Origin: Azolla caroliniana
Lineage: Eukaryota; Plantae; Polypodiophyta
DNA: 64,000 nucleotides
Reading direction: 5' to 3'
Assembly (NCBI GenBank): GCA_043228905.1
Contig: JBHGNT010000003.1
Span: 16,244,001-16,308,000 of the forward strand
Shown piece after piece: positions 61,900 through 64,000 of this stretch. The notes under the pieces were generated by a model. That model saw nothing but the letters and a program-made list of their open reading frames with translations. It did no database searches and had not been told where the DNA came from. The translations under genes were made by a program, and so were the position numbers. Numbering within the stretch: position 1 is the stretch's first letter; each line of letters opens with the position of its first letter.

Positions 61900-64000
61900 C
61901 TGAGCACCCTTGGACAGAGACACATCACAAAGAGTATGGACGGGTAAAGACGTGTCTTACCAACATCTGAAGGTGTTCGTTTGTCTCGCCTACATGCATG
62001 TAGCAAAGGACAAGAGAGCAAAGTTGGATACGGTGATGATGAGTTCAGCGTGGGTCTTGGTCGACAAGAAGGTCTTCCGAGTTGAGACATACTCTTCACG
62101 AAAGACATGACAATTGTCGACTGGGAGTCGGAGAAGAAGATAGGAAACTTCGGGTTGACCGATAGAGATTGATTGGAAGATGCAAGGACCCATCCAGCTA
62201 GAAGCCGGATGACACTCGGAGAACCGGGCGAAGTCAAACAAGAAACCGAACCTACTAATGAAGAAGAAGAATGGCACATCGGGACTAGTATAGACCCCGA
62301 ATCAGATTCGAATTAAGAATAGACGGAGGAACCGGTGGTGGAAAACCAAGGTCAGACATATCTGGAGGAAGAGTGAATATTGTGGACCTTACGAGTGGGA
62401 CCCGGAAAGCCTTAAAAAAGCAATGAGGGACACCCACAACCGCAATTGGTTGAGTGCCATGTAGGATGAAATGGATTCCATGCATGAGAATCATACATAC
62501 GAATCGATGGAGCTATCGAAAGGAAAGAGAGTGCTCCGGAACAAGTGGGTGTAGAAGCTGAAACCGGGAGATGGCGGAAATCCACTGAGGTACAAAGCCC
62601 ACATCGTGGTGAAGGGTTTCCAGTAGAAAAAGGCAGCGGATTTCAACAAGATCTTCGCCTCAGTAGTCAAGATGACATCCATCCGGACTGTGTTAAGCAT
62701 TGCTGCAAGCATGGACCTCGAGGTCGAGCAGCTAGACGTGAAGACAACGTTCCTACACGGTGACCTCGAAGAAGAGATCTACATGCAACAACCAGAGGAA
62801 TTTGTTAAGAAAGGGAAGGAGAGCCTAGTTTTCCGGTTGAAGAAGAGATTATACGGAATGAAGCGAGCTCCCCGACAATGGTACTAGAAGTTCAACTCCT
62901 TCATGACCAATCAAGGATACCACAAGAACCAGGCCAATCACTGTGTGTTGGAAAAGAATATGTGCGGAAGCTTAAAAGACACAACCGGGTAACAAGAGAC
63001 AGAAGACAAAGAAGATGAGAAAGGTTTAATTGAAAGCTTGATCAACACATCGTATGCGGGAGAGACAGAGAGAGCAGAACACAGAAAACTCTATACCAAA
63101 ACAATACTCTAAAACTCTATACATAGGATGTGCTTAGAGAGCAGTTTTATACAAGTCCATACGGATTGATGGAAGTACTGACACGTACTTCAATCCTCAT
63201 CAATGAGCCTCTACACTAACTTCCAAAATATATTCCTCTGCGGAATATCTATCCAAGGGCCTCCCGGTTTACGCAATGTTATGGCCTCTCGTCGTGCACC
63301 TAGTTTAAGCACTCAGTCTACGAAGTTATTAACGTTCCGGTTTATGCACCCAATGTTGAGCTTGTTTCCCAACACGTGTTAGTGAAGAAATTCGATGGAG
63401 GCAACTTCATGATACTTCTGCTTTATGTGAACGACATGCTAATCGTCGGACCAGACCGAATCAAAATCGGGATTTTGAAGAAGGCCTTGAACCGGACCTT
63501 ATAAGTGAAAGATCTAGGCCTGGCGAGCCAAATCCTGGGAATGCATATAATTCGGGACCGTTCGAAGAAAAAGTCGGTTGTCATAGGAGAAGTACATGAC
63601 AAAGGTACTTCAAAGGTTCAGCATGTCGGATGCCAAGCCGGTCGGGTTGACACTTCCACCATATTGCAAACTATTTGTAAAACAGAGCCGGAAATGATGA
63701 AGATATGGTATGCCTCCGCAATCGGAAGCCTCATGTACGCAATGATGTGTACACAGATAGATATCGGATATGGAGTCGGAGTGGTTAACCGGTTTATGAG
63801 CAATCCGAGAAGTGAACACATGGTCGCAGTCAACTTGATCCTCTGGTACCTGAAAGGCACCTCGAACATGTTCCTCCGGTTCAGATCTGGTAAACCCCTA
63901 TTGGAAGACTTCAGCTGATGTAGATCCAGCCGGTCCACGTCAAGATACATCATGCCATATTCAGGGGGAGCGGTATCACGGCAGTCAAGACTGTAGAAAT
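61900..64000 (+). mobile_element. Degenerate copia A-family internal region (INT end, RT, RNase H)
   Basis: WTGKDVSYQHLKVF, QLDVKTTFLHGDLEEEIYM, YVND, KDLG..ILGM, AIGSLMYAM. Confidence 0.85.
62949..63374 (-). mobile_element. Solo LTR (copia E-like) inserted in RT
   Basis: Homologous to 54819-55248. TSD TGTGT/CGTGT; removal restores the HCVLVK codons. Confidence 0.75.

Overview
Plant nuclear DNA (most likely a non-seed plant such as a fern or lycophyte; this is inference from the retroelement types) dominated by nested LTR retrotransposons. About 1-40 kb is one nest, five layers deep on two branches. A degenerate Ty1/copia (E) holds a minus-strand tRNA-Trp-primed Ty3/gypsy (B'). Its 5' LTR holds a plus-strand relative (B), B's 5' LTR holds a young Athila/Tat-like gypsy with an extra ~960-aa ORF (T), and T's gag-pol is split by an intact young copia (C). 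B' gag holds a non-coding element (D), D's LTR holds a copia (A), and A's LTR holds a young gag-only element (G) plus a solo LTR. 40-64 kb contains solo LTRs and remnants, a DUF620 pseudogene (46.3-48.0 kb, -) and three clean exons of a CBP3/UQCC1-like gene (59.8-60.5 kb, -). The strongest signals all belong to the tRNA-Trp-primed gypsy group: an antisense tRNA-like Pol III A/B-box module inside the LTRs, a conserved slippery site plus H-type pseudoknot giving a -1 frameshift between protease and RT, CpG-centred 4-bp target sites, and a non-autonomous partner whose Gag has a His/basic HALR repeat in place of a zinc knuckle. All coordinates and identities were read by eye.
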